NCBI GenBank assembly: GCA_035063585.1
Contig: JAPSGB010000004.1
Span: 1 to 64,000, forward strand
Origin: Polyangiaceae bacterium
Lineage (GTDB): Bacteria; Myxococcota_A; Polyangia; Polyangiales; Polyangiaceae
Direction of reading: 5' to 3'
Length of the DNA stretch: 64,000 bases
Shown: positions 39,192 through 51,056 of the stretch, piece after piece
Position numbering within the stretch: the stretch's first letter is position 1
How the letters are laid out: every line of letters starts with the position of its first letter
Notes under the pieces: model-generated
Told to the model about the DNA's origin: nothing
The model's input: only the letters and a program-made list of their open reading frames with translations
Databases searched by the model: none
Made by a program: the position numbers and the translations under genes

Positions 39192-40343
39192 ATGTCCGCG
39201 CAGGGTGAGCGACGCTTGATGAGAATCGCCGGCCCGCTCCTGGTGGTCTGGATCGCGGTCGTCATCGTGTGGATCGGGATCCGGAAGTCCCGTAACCCAG
39301 CGGGTGCTCGCGGGCGGCCCGCGCCGACGGCGCCGCCGGCGCGCGGCGAGCTCCCGGTGCTGTGGGACCTCCCGCGCTTCTCGTTCGTCGATCAGCACGG
39401 GTCCACGGTGACCGATCAGTCGCTCCGCGGGCGCGTGCTCATCGTGGATTTCATCTTCACGCGGTGCACCACCGCGTGCCCGCTCATCACCGCCAAGATG
39501 AACCTGCTCCGGCGCGCCATCGAGCGGCCCGACGTGCGCTTCGTCTCCGTCTCCGTCGACCCCGACCACGACACGCCCGAAGCGCTCGCAGCGTACGCTG
39601 AGCGGTGGACCAAGGATCCGCGCTGGCTCCTGCTCAGCACCACGCCGAGCGGGCTCGCCGACCTCACCGGGAAGATGAAGGTCGCGCTCGCGAAGGGCGA
39701 TGACGAGGAGAACCCCATCGTCCACGGGAGCCAATTCTTCCTGGTCGACGGCTCCGGCCGGGTGCGCGGAGTCTTCGGCAGCGGCGACGACGAGGCGCTC
39801 GGGCGGCTGGTCGCCGAGGTCGCCTCGCTCGAGCTCACCGCGGCGAGCGCCCCAGGCCCGGCCGAAGCGCCCGACCGCGCGCTCTCGGGGATGATGCTCT
39901 ATCAATCGCTCGGGTGCGCTGGCTGCCACGACGACGCCCGCGTCGCACCGCTGCTCGGGGGCGCGCTCGGCCGAACCGTCTCGCTCGCGGAGGGCGGCAC
40001 CGTGACGGCGGATCGCGGCTATCTCCGCCGAGCCATCGTGGAGCCCGCGGCCGAGCTCACGGCGGGGTTCGCGGTGCCGATGCCATCCTATCGCGGGCGC
40101 GTGAGCGACGCGGAGCTCGACTCGCTCATCGACTATGTCGCGTCGCTACCCGCGCCCACGAGCGCCGCGAGCGCCGCCGGCGCGCCCGGCGAGCAGGTGA
40201 CCGACCCGGTGTGCGGCATGAAGGTCGTCGCGAGCGAGCCGGCACCGCACCTCGAGCACGACGGGAAGACGTACTTCTTCTGCAGCGAGCTCTGCCGCGA
40301 CCGCTTCGTGAAGGAGCCCGCGAAGTACCTCGAGCGCCGCTGA
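39192..40343 (+). CDS. SCO1/SenC + cytochrome c + YHS fusion membrane protein
   Basis: N-terminal TM; FIFTRCTTACP, SVDPDHDTP, H; CAGCH..MPSY; DPVCGM...YFFCSELC..RF..EP.KY. Confidence 0.9.
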   Translation: MSAQGERRLMRIAGPLLVVWIAVVIVWIGIRKSRNPAGARGRPAPTAPPARGELPVLWDLPRFSFVDQHGSTVTDQSLRGRVLIVDFIFTRCTTACPLITAKMNLLRRAIERPDVRFVSVSVDPDHDTPEALAAYAERWTKDPRWLLLSTTPSGLADLTGKMKVALAKGDDEENPIVHGSQFFLVDGSGRVRGVFGSGDDEALGRLVAEVASLELTAASAPGPAEAPDRALSGMMLYQSLGCAGCHDDARVAPLLGGALGRTVSLAEGGTVTADRGYLRRAIVEPAAELTAGFAVPMPSYRGRVSDAELDSLIDYVASLPAPTSAASAAGAPGEQVTDPVCGMKVVASEPAPHLEHDGKTYFFCSELCRDRFVKEPAKYLERR

Positions 40344-40371
40344 CCCGGGCGCGCCCGCCGCCGCCCTCGGG

Positions 40372-41685
40372 TCAGCTCCCGAACCAGCGACGCCAGAACG
40401 GGTCGTGCTTCTTCGGCTCCGGTGGCGGCGCGACGCGCTCGCGCGGCGGCGGCTGCGCGAGGGCCTCCTCGGCGGTGACCTCCCGGGCCGCGATCTCCTC
40501 CGCGCGCTGCGCGGGCTCGGCCGCTGGCTTCGGCGGAGGCCGGCGGACCGGGGGCGGAGGCGGCTTGGGAGCCTCCTCGAACACGGAGTCGAGCCCCCAC
40601 GCGCTCGGATCTTCGAAGCCTTCGCCCGCCGACACGCCTCGCGTCCCGAGCGCCGACGAGTGGACCGGCTCCGCGTCTCCGGCGAGCACGCCGGAGAAGT
40701 CATGGAGCGCGTCGATGATGAGATCGCCGATCATCGCCGAGGCGTCCGGCCCGCGAGCGCGCCGCTTGAGCGCCCGCTCGTCGGCGACGGCCTTCACGAG
40801 CTCGGCGACGTCCGTGTAGATGACCGGTGGCCGGCGCGTGAGCACGATCGCCAAGTCGCGCGCGAGCTCGTCGCCGGTGCCGTAGCGATGGGCGCGATCA
40901 CGAGCGAGCGCCTTGGCGAGCACGCGGACGACGTCCTCGGGCACATCGGGGCGAAATTGGCGCAGATCCGGGATGTGCGCGTCGCGGACCAGCTTGAACG
41001 TCTCGAGATCGTTCTCGCCGAGGAAGAGCCGGCGGCCGGCCAGCATCTCCCACAGCAGGATGCCGGCGGCGAAGAGGTCCACGCGCTGGTCTGCCCCGAG
41101 CCCCAGAGTCACCTCCGGCGCGAGGTAACCGAATTTTCCCTTCACCATGTCCTCGTCCTCCTCGGTGAGGTGCGAGCTGGCGCGCGCGAGCCCGAAGTCG
41201 ACGAGCTTTACCTCGCCGTAACGCGTCATGAGGACGTTTTGCGGAGAGATGTCGCGGTGAACGATCTCGAGCGGGCGCCCCTGGTGGTCACAGGCCTGGT
41301 GCGCGTAAGCGAGCCCCTCCGCGATCCCGAGCGAGATGAGCAGCGCCACCTCGACGCGCATCTGCTTGCCGTGCGCCGTGAGATGCTCGAGCACACCCTT
41401 GAGGTCCGCGCCGTCGACGTACTCCATGACGATGAAGTGCGAGCCGGCGCCCTGCCCGATGTCGAACACCTGCACGCAGCGCGAGTGGCTCAAGTAGGCG
41501 CCGAGGCGCGCCTCGTCGAGGAACATGTTGATGAACTCGCGATTGGCGCTGAGCTTGGGGAGCACGCGCTTGATCGCGACCTTCTTGCGAAACCCCTCGA
41601 TGCCCGCGCTCTCGCCGCGGTACACCTCCGCCATTCCGCCCGCCGCGATCCGCTCGATGACCTGATACCGCTGACCATCACTCAT
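40372..41685 (-). CDS. Hanks-type Ser/Thr protein kinase (no TM seen)
   Basis: GGMAEVY, VAIK, HRDISPQN, DFG, YLAPE. Confidence 0.95.
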   Translation of the reverse strand: MSDGQRYQVIERIAAGGMAEVYRGESAGIEGFRKKVAIKRVLPKLSANREFINMFLDEARLGAYLSHSRCVQVFDIGQGAGSHFIVMEYVDGADLKGVLEHLTAHGKQMRVEVALLISLGIAEGLAYAHQACDHQGRPLEIVHRDISPQNVLMTRYGEVKLVDFGLARASSHLTEEDEDMVKGKFGYLAPEVTLGLGADQRVDLFAAGILLWEMLAGRRLFLGENDLETFKLVRDAHIPDLRQFRPDVPEDVVRVLAKALARDRAHRYGTGDELARDLAIVLTRRPPVIYTDVAELVKAVADERALKRRARGPDASAMIGDLIIDALHDFSGVLAGDAEPVHSSALGTRGVSAGEGFEDPSAWGLDSVFEEAPKPPPPPVRRPPPKPAAEPAQRAEEIAAREVTAEEALAQPPPRERVAPPPEPKKHDPFWRRWFGS

Positions 41686-41847
41686 GGCTCTTCACCATTG
41701 TCGCATCGGTCGACCGGGATCGGACGGACAATCAGCCCGCGGCTTCCGGAAATCCCGGCGCGCGGCGGCCCTCGCGACGAGCCCCGGCGCGGGCGGCAGC
41801 GTCGCCGGCGAGCGCCGTCCCATCGCCATGGTATCCTTGGCGGCGCC

Positions 41848-43098
41848 ATGCGGACGGCTCTCTTCCTTCTCTGTCTCGCCTCGTTCGGCTGCGCCACCTC
41901 GGGTGTCGACGAGCAGGCGGACCCAAACCACCACCCGCAACCGGACGCCTCCACCCTCCCTGACGACTCGGGCATGGATGGCGGCGGCGGCGGCGGGGGC
42001 GCGCCGAGCGAGGCGGGAACCTGGCCCGGGAGCTGCACGGACGGAGAGACCGAGGCGTGCTACTCGGGTCCGCCGAGCACCAAGGACGTCGGCGCCTGCC
42101 GGCACGGGACGCACGCCTGCCAGGGCGGGGACTTCCCGGCGAGCTGCACCGGGGAGGTGCTGCCGGCCGCGGCCGAAGCGTGCGACGGCGTCGACGACGA
42201 CTGCGACGGAACCATCGACGAAGGATGCGGGTGCAGCGAAGGCGAGACGAGGCCCTGCTACACGGGTGCGCCAGGCACCGACGGCGTCGGACCGTGCAAG
42301 GCGGGGACGCAGACCTGCGCCAGCGGGACGTGGAGCGCGTGCTCGGGCGCGGTGCTCCCGCTCGACGAGACGTGCAACGCAGTCGACGACGACTGCAACG
42401 GGAGCGTAGACGACCAGGTCGGGCTCCGCCTGTATTCGAGGCTATTTACCGCGACCGCGTGGACCAAGGAGTACCTCTCGAGCGTGTGGACGGGGCCGAA
42501 CGCGCCGCCGCCCTGCGCTGTCGTGCTGGAAACGGTCCTCATCACCGACATCGATCGGCTCTTGGTGTTCACGGCGGACGGGAAGCTCTACTTGCGCAAG
42601 AATGGCGTCTGGGGCCCGCCGATCGATGACGCGCGCACGGTCTTCGGCAGCCTCCCGGTGAAGTTCAGCTCCGTCTATCAGGTGCCGCACTCGCTCTTCC
42701 CGCCTCACACCGCGCGCGGCGCGGACCTCACCTTCTCGGCGCCGCCCAAGGCGTACATCTACGCGTACAGCCAGGAGGACGTCGTCTCGGCCGCGAACAT
42801 CGTCGACCTCTCCGACGACCGGGACGCCGGCGGCCCGAATCAGCCGGGGGAGCTCCCACTCTGGTCGCTCGAGCAGTTCGATCCGTCGCTCTTCGGGCAG
42901 TCCGCCGAGGCGAGCCAAGTCTACACGGAGTACGAGAGCGGCATCGTCTATCGCTTCGACGCGGCCTTCGTCTGGAGGAGCTGGCCCGCTGCGCTCAGCC
43001 CCATCTGGTCGGGGACCACGGGCTCGCCACCGGCCAAGAGCTGCGTGGCCGGGTTCGCGGAACACACGCCCGAGAAGATGTATCTCGTCTGCCCGTGA
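41848..43098 (+). CDS. Cys-rich lipoprotein with MopE-related putative metal-binding repeats
   Basis: ASFGC; EACDGVDDDCDGTIDE, ETCNAVDDDCNGSVDD. Confidence 0.8.
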   Translation: MRTALFLLCLASFGCATSGVDEQADPNHHPQPDASTLPDDSGMDGGGGGGGAPSEAGTWPGSCTDGETEACYSGPPSTKDVGACRHGTHACQGGDFPASCTGEVLPAAAEACDGVDDDCDGTIDEGCGCSEGETRPCYTGAPGTDGVGPCKAGTQTCASGTWSACSGAVLPLDETCNAVDDDCNGSVDDQVGLRLYSRLFTATAWTKEYLSSVWTGPNAPPPCAVVLETVLITDIDRLLVFTADGKLYLRKNGVWGPPIDDARTVFGSLPVKFSSVYQVPHSLFPPHTARGADLTFSAPPKAYIYAYSQEDVVSAANIVDLSDDRDAGGPNQPGELPLWSLEQFDPSLFGQSAEASQVYTEYESGIVYRFDAAFVWRSWPAALSPIWSGTTGSPPAKSCVAGFAEHTPEKMYLVCP

Positions 43099-43177
43099 GG
43101 CAGCGAGCTCGCCACCCGCCGAGCCCCAGCCCGCTCCCGGTGGCGCCTCGTTCGGGGGTTGTCGGTCCGGCGCGGAA

Positions 43178-44899
43178 TCACATCCGCGCGATGGTCGCGA
43201 TGCCGAGCAGCCCGAGCCCGCGCTCGAGTTGGCGAGCGGTCAGGTCGCAGAGGACGAGGCGCGTGTCGCGGGTCGCTCCGGCGCTCTTCAGGACCGGGCA
43301 CGCCTCGTAAAATGAGCTGAATTCGCGCGCGAGAGCGTAGAGGTGATCGGCCACGAGGTGCGGATACCCCTCCGCGGCCGCGTGCACGGCGTCGCCGAAG
43401 GTGAGCAGCTGTTTGGCGAGCCCGAGCTCCTCGCGCGCCTCGAGCACGAGGGGCGCGTCGAGCTCGAGCGCGGAAGGCTCGACGCCACCCTTCGAGAAGA
43501 TCGCGCCGATGCGCGCCCGCGCGTACTGCAGGTACGGTCCGGCGTTCCCCTTGAAAGAGATCATCTTGTCCCAGTCGAACTGGTAGTCGCTCAGGCGATT
43601 CTGCCGGAGATCCGCGTAGCGCACCGCGCCGATGCCGACCGCGCGCGCGACCGCGTCGAGCTCGGCCTCGGGCACGTCGAGCCCCTCCTCGCGGATCCTG
43701 GCGCGCGCGCGCTCCTCGGCCTCGTCGAGGAGCGAGGCGAGCGTCACGGCCCTGCCCTCTCGCGTCTTCAGCGGCTTGCCGTCCGGACCCATCACGGTAC
43801 CGAAGCCGAGGTGCTCCAACTTCATCTCTACGCCGAGCTTGCGCGCCACCGCGAAGAGCTGCCTGAAATGGAGCGACTGCCGCTGATCGACGACGTAGAC
43901 GGACCGATCTGCATGGAAACGGTCCCGCCGGTAGAGAATGGTCGCGATGTCCGTGGTGGAGTACAAAAAGGCGCCGTCCTTCTTCCGCACGATGAACGGT
44001 GTCTCCACCTTGGAGAGCTCCGGATCGTCCTCGAAGAACACGCAGAGCGCGCCGTCGTCCTCGCGAGCGATCCCGCGCGCCAAGAGCTCACTCACGACGC
44101 CGGGCAAGAGCTCGTGGTAGGCGCTCTCACCGAGCCACTCGTCGAAGGTCACCCCGAGACGAGCGTAGATCGCCTCGAGTGAGCGCCGCGTCGCGGCCAC
44201 GAACCGCTCCCAGAGCGCGCGGTTCTCCGGAGCCCCAGCCTGGAGTCGCGCGAGCTCGGCGCGCGCGGCATCGGCGAACGTCGAGTCCGTCTTGGCCCGC
44301 TCGGCAGCGTAGCGATAGACGCGCTCGAGTTCCGCGATGGCGTCCTGCGCGAGCGCCTCCTCGGAGCCCACCTCACGCATCCCGACGATGAGCAGGCCGT
44401 ACTGGGTGCCCCAATCGCCGAGGTGGTTGTCCCCGATGACCTCGTGCCCGACCGCGCGCAGGATACGCACCATCGCGTCGCCGATGATGGTCGAGCGCAG
44501 GTGGCCTACGTGCATTTCCTTTGCGATGTTGGGGCTCGAGAAATCGACGACCACGCGCTCGACGGGCGCGGCGGTCGGGATCCCGTCGCGCGCGCGGTCC
44601 CTCGCGTCCTCGAGCAGCCGCTCGGCGAGCCACGCGGGGGCGAGGCGGAGGTTCACGAAGCCGGGGCCCGCGACCTCCGCCGTAGAGAACGCGGGCGCGG
44701 CGGCGAGCCGCTCGGCGATCGGGGTCGCGAGCTCACGCGGCCGCTGCGCCAGCTTCTTGGCGAGCGGCAGCGCGCCGTTCACCTGGTAGTCGCCGTGCTC
44801 GGGGGTGGTGGTCGGGCGGACGCCGGCGGGCGCGTCCACCCCGTGCGCGGCGCGGATGGCGTCCGCAGCCAGCGTCTCGAGGGTCGAGAGGAGTCTCAT
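43178..44899 (-). CDS. argS: Arginine--tRNA ligase
   Basis: VDFSSPNIAKEMHVGHLRSTIIGD, GDWGTQ, KTREG, GNAGPYLQYA, C-terminal RM. Confidence 0.98.
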   Translation of the reverse strand: MRLLSTLETLAADAIRAAHGVDAPAGVRPTTTPEHGDYQVNGALPLAKKLAQRPRELATPIAERLAAAPAFSTAEVAGPGFVNLRLAPAWLAERLLEDARDRARDGIPTAAPVERVVVDFSSPNIAKEMHVGHLRSTIIGDAMVRILRAVGHEVIGDNHLGDWGTQYGLLIVGMREVGSEEALAQDAIAELERVYRYAAERAKTDSTFADAARAELARLQAGAPENRALWERFVAATRRSLEAIYARLGVTFDEWLGESAYHELLPGVVSELLARGIAREDDGALCVFFEDDPELSKVETPFIVRKKDGAFLYSTTDIATILYRRDRFHADRSVYVVDQRQSLHFRQLFAVARKLGVEMKLEHLGFGTVMGPDGKPLKTREGRAVTLASLLDEAEERARARIREEGLDVPEAELDAVARAVGIGAVRYADLRQNRLSDYQFDWDKMISFKGNAGPYLQYARARIGAIFSKGGVEPSALELDAPLVLEAREELGLAKQLLTFGDAVHAAAEGYPHLVADHLYALAREFSSFYEACPVLKSAGATRDTRLVLCDLTARQLERGLGLLGIATIARM

Positions 44900-45034
44900 G
44901 CGAGCGCTCTTCGTAGACGCGGACGGCCGGGCTGTCCACCGGGCGCGTCGCCGCGACGGTTCCGCGCCGGACCGACCTCACCCAACCCCAGGCCCCCGGC
45001 TGCGACCGCAACCGAGCCGGGCGGGCGCGCGCCT

Positions 45035-46372
45035 TCAGTTGAGGCCGTACCGCTTGAGCTTGTCGTACAGGGTGCGAAGCCCGATCCCGAGGCGCTCGGC
45101 GGCGCGCTTTCGATTCCCACCGACCTGGGAGAGCGCGTGCTCGATGGCGAGGCGCTCCAGGTGCTCGAGCGTCCCCGAGCCGGGATCGATGGCTGGCTCG
45201 CGCGCCGCGCTCACCGGATCGATGATGACGTGCTCGGCGGTGATGACACGATGGTCGGCGAGGATGACCGCGCGCTCGAGGGTATTTTCGAGCTCGCGGA
45301 TGTTGCCTGGCCAGGGCGCGCTCTCGATGCGCGCGAGCGCCGCCTCGTCGAGCACCAGCCCGGGGCGCCCGAGCTCCGCGGCGATGCGCGCGAGCAGGTG
45401 CTTGGCGAGCGGGCGGATGTCGGCGCGTCGTTCCCGGAGCGACGGGAGCCGCACCGGAAACACCGCGAGCCTGTGGTAGAGATCTTCGCGGAAGCGACCG
45501 ACCGAGACCATCTCCGCGAGATCGCGATTGGTCGCAGCGATCCAGCGGACGTCGGCGTGCATGGTGCGGGCGCCGCCGACTCGCTCGAAGGTGCGCTCCT
45601 GCAGTACGCGAAGGAGCTTCGCCTGCAAGTCCGGGCGAAGCTCGCCCACCTCGTCGAGGAAGAACGTGCCTCCCGCAGCGAGCTCGATACGACCCCGCCT
45701 CGAGGCGTGCGCCCCGGTGAACGCGCCGCGCTCGTGACCGAAGAGCTCGCTCTCGAGCAGGTGCTCGGACAGCGCCGCGCAGTTGATGGCGACGAACGGA
45801 CCGGCGCCGCGCGGGCTGTGGCGATGGATCGCGCGCGCCGCGACCTCCTTGCCGGTGCCGCTCTCTCCCGCGAGGAGCACGGTCGCGTCGGTGCGCGCGA
45901 CCTTGTGGAGCGCCTCGACGATGCGCTGCATCCCAGCGTCGGCGTATCCGAGCGGTGGCGACTCCAGCTCGGCGCGTGAGGCGCCCTCCTTGAGCGTCAG
46001 GAGCGAGCGCCGCTCGAGCGCGCGCGCAGCGACCAGCCGGAGCTCGGCGGGGCTCTCCACCGGCTTCTGCAGGAAATCGAAGGCTCCGAGCTTCATCGCC
46101 TCGACCGCGAGATCGATCGAGCCGTGGGCGGTGAGCACGATCACCTCGAGCTCCGGCTGCAGCTCGCGGGCGCGCTTGAGGAGCGACAGGCCATCCATGC
46201 CCGGCATCTTGAGATCGGTGATCACGAGGTCGAAGGCGCTCTTGGCGAGCTCGGCGAGCGCCGCCGCGCCGCTCGACACGGCGCGCGCCACGTGTCCTTC
46301 GACCTCGAGCGCTTCTGCGGCAAACTCGCGGATGCCTTCTTCGTCGTCGACGACCAGTATGTGTCCCATCAC
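45035..46372 (-). CDS. Sigma54-dependent response regulator (NtrC/AtoC/ZraR family)
   Basis: REC domain, [38 protein letters not shown], Fis-type HTH. Confidence 0.97.
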   Translation of the reverse strand: MMGHILVVDDEEGIREFAAEALEVEGHVARAVSSGAAALAELAKSAFDLVITDLKMPGMDGLSLLKRARELQPELEVIVLTAHGSIDLAVEAMKLGAFDFLQKPVESPAELRLVAARALERRSLLTLKEGASRAELESPPLGYADAGMQRIVEALHKVARTDATVLLAGESGTGKEVAARAIHRHSPRGAGPFVAINCAALSEHLLESELFGHERGAFTGAHASRRGRIELAAGGTFFLDEVGELRPDLQAKLLRVLQERTFERVGGARTMHADVRWIAATNRDLAEMVSVGRFREDLYHRLAVFPVRLPSLRERRADIRPLAKHLLARIAAELGRPGLVLDEAALARIESAPWPGNIRELENTLERAVILADHRVITAEHVIIDPVSAAREPAIDPGSGTLEHLERLAIEHALSQVGGNRKRAAERLGIGLRTLYDKLKRYGLN

Positions 46373-47616
46373 TTGGTGCCCTGTCCCGGAATGACGATGC
46401 TGAAGAGCGCGCCACCACCCGGATGGTTTGCGGCGTCGAGCTTGCCACCGTGCATCTCGATGATGCGGCGCGCGACCGCTAACCCGAGCCCAACACCCTT
46501 GGCGCGTTTGGTGTAAAACGCCTCGAAGATGCGCTCTTCCTCTCCCGGCTCGAGGCCGGGCCCGTGATCGCGGACGGAGATGCGGAGCCCTCCGTCACCC
46601 TCACCCACCGCGACCTCGACGGGCGCGCCTCCCTCGGTCGCTTGGATGGCGTTGGTGAGGAGATTGCTCAAGACTTGGCGGAGCCGCTGGGGATCGAGCC
46701 GCCAGATCTCCGGGGCGGAGGCGCACGCGATCGTGACCCGCGCACCATCCACCGCTTCGACGGCCTGCTGCACGAGCTCGAGCGGACGGGCGTCGGTGAG
46801 CTCGACCTTGCCGGAGCGCAGAAAGTCGAGGAGCGTCGTCCCGAGATCCTCGAGCCGCTTGGCCTCGGCCACGATCCGGTCGGCCTTCTTCCGCTGCTTG
46901 CTCCCGTCCTCGAGCTGCTCGGCGAGGAGCTGAGCGTGCCCCTTGAGCGAGGCGAGTGGGTTTCGCATCTCGTGCGCGAGCACCGCGGACATCTCCCCGA
47001 GCTGCGCCAAGCGGCCCTCGCGCTCGAGCTGCTCCTCCTCGCGCTCGCGCTGCTCGAGGAGCCTCGAGAGGACGACCGCGACGACCAGGAAGGTAGCGGC
47101 GACCAGCACGCTCACGAGCAAGGTTCGGTTGGCATCGGCCTGGATGCGATTGGCCACGATGGGTTCGAGCTCGAGCACCAGCGTCGGGCGCTCGGCGTGC
47201 TTCGGACCTGGGGGGAACACCGCTCGCGCTCGCTCGGCGCTGCGAGTGACGGTGAGCTCGCCGTTCGCGGCGTGGAGACCCGTGAGCTCCGCGTGCCCCA
47301 CCGCCGCCACGGGTCTGCCGTCCGCGGCCAGAAACCCGACGTAGCGGAGACCTGCACTGCGCTGCTCTTCTAGAAAGCGCTCGAGGGCGGCGGTCGACTC
47401 CCACGGAGCCTGCTCGTGCGGGAGCTGTCGGAGGCTACCGAGGAACGCGCCGACCTGACCGCGCACGAGGAGCGAGGACGCCTCGTCGATGCGCCGCTTG
47501 CTCGCCCACGCGGTCCACGCCAGCGCCACCGCCATCGCCGCGGTGATCGCGATGAGGGCGTGGCGCGCCAGGCGCTGGCGCCCGCGATGACGAGCGGAGC
47601 GGCGAGTTCGCATCAT
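46369..47616 (-). CDS. Sensor histidine kinase
   Basis: Two TM segments; [28 protein letters not shown]. Confidence 0.95.
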   Translation of the reverse strand: MMRTRRSARHRGRQRLARHALIAITAAMAVALAWTAWASKRRIDEASSLLVRGQVGAFLGSLRQLPHEQAPWESTAALERFLEEQRSAGLRYVGFLAADGRPVAAVGHAELTGLHAANGELTVTRSAERARAVFPPGPKHAERPTLVLELEPIVANRIQADANRTLLVSVLVAATFLVVAVVLSRLLEQREREEEQLEREGRLAQLGEMSAVLAHEMRNPLASLKGHAQLLAEQLEDGSKQRKKADRIVAEAKRLEDLGTTLLDFLRSGKVELTDARPLELVQQAVEAVDGARVTIACASAPEIWRLDPQRLRQVLSNLLTNAIQATEGGAPVEVAVGEGDGGLRISVRDHGPGLEPGEEERIFEAFYTKRAKGVGLGLAVARRIIEMHGGKLDAANHPGGGALFSIVIPGQGTK

Positions 47617-49100
47617 GAAGCTCGCGGCGCGACGAGCCGCCCCATCAGGTGATCGATGGCGAGCGCAGCCTCGACCGCGTCCACCTGCGCGCGCGTCACG
47701 CGAAGCTCCGCCAGTCGAACGCTATCTTGGGCCTGCTGCACCTCCATCGGTAGGCCCTGACCGAGCGCGAAACGCTGCTGCTGGTAGGTGAGCTGAGTCC
47801 GCGCGATCTCGAGGGTGCGCTTGGCGGTAGCCAGCCGAGCCCGCGCAGCCTGCGCGTTGGTCACGGCGGCGAGCGCGGTCGAGGCGATGCGATCGCGTGC
47901 GGCGCGCAGGCTGGTGCGAGCTCGAAGCACCGCGAGGCGCGCCTTCTCGCGCTCGGCGTCCTTCTTGCGGTCCTCGAGCGGGAGCTGAAACACCAGCCCG
48001 ACCTGGGCGCTCCACCAACTCATGCTGCCCGCCCGCTGCCAGGAGTGCGGGAGCTCCGAGCTCACGCCGTTCGTCTCGAGATATCCGGAGAGATCTAGCC
48101 TCGGGCGCATGTCGTCGCCGGCCGTCTGCGCCTGAGTCTCGGCGAGCCGGACCTGGTCCTCGAGCTCGGCGAGCTCCACGGAGTCCTGCCGGATCGCCGC
48201 CTCGACCGCCGCCGCGCCGGGCAGCGGCCCCGGCTCGGGTAGCTCGGTGCTCGGCACCAGTCGCTCCGGGCTCGGGCCGAGGGCGCCCACCAGCTGGCTC
48301 AAACCAATCGAGCTCTGCTGGCGGCTCATCTCCGACGAGACGACGGTCTCCTCGAGCTGCGCGGTGGCGGTCTCATAGGACGCGAGATCGGCGACCGACA
48401 GCGCTCCGCTCTCGAGCTTCTGCCTCGCTTGCTGCTCCTGCTCCTCGGCTAGCGCGAGCGACGCGCGGTTGATGGTCACGACCCGCCCGGAGTACCAGAG
48501 CTCCCAGTACCCGAGCGACACGTCGCGGATGAGCTGGCTCTCGACCCGCCTCTTGGTCGAGCGGGCGGCCACGCGGGCCACCCGCGCGGCCCGGAGCTGC
48601 GCCTCCCCGATCTCGGTGCCGGCACCCCGAAGCAGCGGCTGCGTCAGCGACGCGCGCGCCGTCGCGACGTAGCCGGCGCCCGGAAATCCCGTGGTCCCCG
48701 TGGTAAGCCCGGAGGACTCCGTGTCGTAGTGCTCACCCTGCACGCGGAGCTGCGCCACGGTCCCCATCGGGAAGGTCCGGCTCAGCGTGCTACCGAGCAC
48801 CACCGAGCGGTTCGTATTCGAGCTTACCGAGTCTTCACGACCGAGCCGTGGCGAGTCCATGGTCGTGTAGCTGCCGTCCGCCTGGAAGGTATAGGGGTAC
48901 CGTCCCTCCTCCATGAGGACGCTCTGCTCCGCGCTGTCGATGTCGGTCCGTGCGCCCGCCAGGCCCGGATTGTTCGCGAGCGCGGCCGCGATGACGTCCG
49001 GGAGCGCGACCGCGCGCGTTCGCGCGGCTTCCTCCTGCGCCGTCGCGCTCGCCGAGTATCCAGCCACGAGCATCCCCGCGATGAGAGCCAGCTTATTCAT
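47613..49100 (-). CDS. TolC-family outer membrane efflux protein
   Basis: Signal peptide; [21 protein letters not shown]; operon position. Confidence 0.9.
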   Translation of the reverse strand: MNKLALIAGMLVAGYSASATAQEEAARTRAVALPDVIAAALANNPGLAGARTDIDSAEQSVLMEEGRYPYTFQADGSYTTMDSPRLGREDSVSSNTNRSVVLGSTLSRTFPMGTVAQLRVQGEHYDTESSGLTTGTTGFPGAGYVATARASLTQPLLRGAGTEIGEAQLRAARVARVAARSTKRRVESQLIRDVSLGYWELWYSGRVVTINRASLALAEEQEQQARQKLESGALSVADLASYETATAQLEETVVSSEMSRQQSSIGLSQLVGALGPSPERLVPSTELPEPGPLPGAAAVEAAIRQDSVELAELEDQVRLAETQAQTAGDDMRPRLDLSGYLETNGVSSELPHSWQRAGSMSWWSAQVGLVFQLPLEDRKKDAEREKARLAVLRARTSLRAARDRIASTALAAVTNAQAARARLATAKRTLEIARTQLTYQQQRFALGQGLPMEVQQAQDSVRLAELRVTRAQVDAVEAALAIDHLMGRLVAPRAS

Positions 49101-50298
49101 GTCTCAATGCCTCGATCGGATTCAGCCGCGCCGCCTTGTGCGCGGGCAGGTAGCCAAAGAGGACCCCCACCGCCGCGGAGAACCCGAAGGCCAAGAACAG
49201 GGTCCCCGGCTCCACGATGAAGGGCATCCCCATGGAATGGGTGACCGCGAACGACGTCCCGACGCCGACCGCCATGCCGATCAGCCCGCCGAGCGTCGAG
49301 AGCACCACGGCCTCGACGAGGAATTGCAGCATCACGTCGCTCGCCAGGGCTCCGATCGCGAGGCGGATCCCGATCTCACGTGTCCGCTCGGTCACGTTGA
49401 CGAGCATGATGTTCATGATCCCGATGCCGCCCACCAGCAGGCTTACGGCCGCGATCGCGCCGAGCAACGTCGTCATGGTGCTGGTCGAGGCGCTCACGGC
49501 CTGGGCAATCTCCTGCATGTCACGCACCGAAAAATCGTCATCGGCACCCTTGGCGATGTGCCGGCGCTGCCGGAGCAAATCAGTGATTTGTTGCTCGGCA
49601 ACCGCGGTGGACGCGGAGCTCTCGGCCGTGATGAAGATCGTGTTGATGTCCGTGGTGCCGATGAGCCGCCGCTGTACGGTGCGGAGCGGCATGATCACGA
49701 TGTCGTCCTGATCCTGCCCCATCCCGGATTGCCCCTTCGCCGTGAGCAGCCCGATGACTTGACAGCTCACCTTCCCGACTCGCATCTGCGCGCCGAGTGG
49801 ATCTCCGGAGCCGAAGAGGTTCTGGCGCACCGTCTCACCGATGACACACACCGCGCGCCCAGCCTTGACCTCACCGTCGGTCATCTTGCGGCCCGAGGCG
49901 AGCGTGTAGTCGCGGGTGAGGAGGTAGTCGTTCGTCCCGCCGATGATGGTGGAGCGGGAGTTCTTGTTACCGACCACCAGGTCTTGGGAGGTCTGCGCGG
50001 TCGGCGCGACATACTTCGCGCGCCGGACCTCGCTCCGAATGGCCTCCACGTCCGCCATCGTGAACGGCGACGCCGGCGTGTAGCTCGACGACCTCCGCCC
50101 CGCACCCGGGCTCACGATGAGCAGGTTCTGCCCGAGCTTGCCGATCTGGTCGCGGACGCTCTCGCTGGCGGCCTTGCCGATGTTGACCAGCGCGATGACG
50201 GCCGAGACCCCGATGATGATGCCGAGCATGGTCAGGAACGAGCGCATCTTGTTCCTGCGAAGCTCGCGCATCGCCATCATCAGGGTCTGGAAAATCAC
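49093..50298 (-). CDS. MacB-like ABC transporter permease
   Basis: [44 protein letters not shown]. Confidence 0.95.
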   Translation of the reverse strand: MIFQTLMMAMRELRRNKMRSFLTMLGIIIGVSAVIALVNIGKAASESVRDQIGKLGQNLLIVSPGAGRRSSSYTPASPFTMADVEAIRSEVRRAKYVAPTAQTSQDLVVGNKNSRSTIIGGTNDYLLTRDYTLASGRKMTDGEVKAGRAVCVIGETVRQNLFGSGDPLGAQMRVGKVSCQVIGLLTAKGQSGMGQDQDDIVIMPLRTVQRRLIGTTDINTIFITAESSASTAVAEQQITDLLRQRRHIAKGADDDFSVRDMQEIAQAVSASTSTMTTLLGAIAAVSLLVGGIGIMNIMLVNVTERTREIGIRLAIGALASDVMLQFLVEAVVLSTLGGLIGMAVGVGTSFAVTHSMGMPFIVEPGTLFLAFGFSAAVGVLFGYLPAHKAARLNPIEALRHE

Positions 50299-51056
50299 GG
50301 ACGAGCTCCCACCGAGCGTGGCGGGCGGGAGACCGGTCCGCTCGTCAGGATCTCTTCGGGGCGCCCTTCGCCGAGCACCTTCCCATCGCGAAACATCACC
50401 ACGCGCTGCACGTAGGCGGCCATGTCGGGCTCGTGCGTGACCATCGCCACGGTGATCCCGCGATCCTCGTTCAAGCGCACGAGGAGCTCCATGATGTCGA
50501 CCTTGGTGGCCGAGTCGAGGTTCCCGGTGGGCTCGTCGGCGAGCAGGAGCGACGGATCGCTGACCAGCGCACGGGCGATGGCGACCCGCTGCTGCTGTCC
50601 GCCCGAGAGCTCACTCGGGTGATGGGTGTAGCGCGAGCCGAGCCCCACCGACTCGAGCGCGGCGAGCCCGCGCTCGCGTCGTTCTTTGGCCGGCACGCGG
50701 CGATACACGAGCGGGAGCTCGACGTTCTCGAGCGCGGAGGTACGAGACAGGAGGTTGAACCCTTGAAATACGAACCCGATGTAGTGTCGTCGCAGCATGG
50801 CGCGCTCATCCGCGCCGAGCCCGGCGACGTCGACCCCGCGAAACAGGTACTCGCCAGAGGTGGGCGCGTCGAGGCAACCGACGATGTTCATCGTGGTGGA
50901 CTTGCCCGAGCCGCTCGCACCCATGATCGCGATGAACTCGCCAGAGTCGATCCGCATGTCGACGCCGTCGAGCGCGCGCACCTCGGCGTCTCCGCTACCG
51001 TAGATCTTCGAGATGCCTCGCAGCTCGACCACCGCCTCGCGCGCAGGCTCGGTCAC
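50295..51056 (-). CDS. MacB/LolD-like ABC transporter ATP-binding protein
   Basis: [31 protein letters not shown]. Confidence 0.97.
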   Translation of the reverse strand: MTEPAREAVVELRGISKIYGSGDAEVRALDGVDMRIDSGEFIAIMGASGSGKSTTMNIVGCLDAPTSGEYLFRGVDVAGLGADERAMLRRHYIGFVFQGFNLLSRTSALENVELPLVYRRVPAKERRERGLAALESVGLGSRYTHHPSELSGGQQQRVAIARALVSDPSLLLADEPTGNLDSATKVDIMELLVRLNEDRGITVAMVTHEPDMAAYVQRVVMFRDGKVLGEGRPEEILTSGPVSRPPRSVGARP

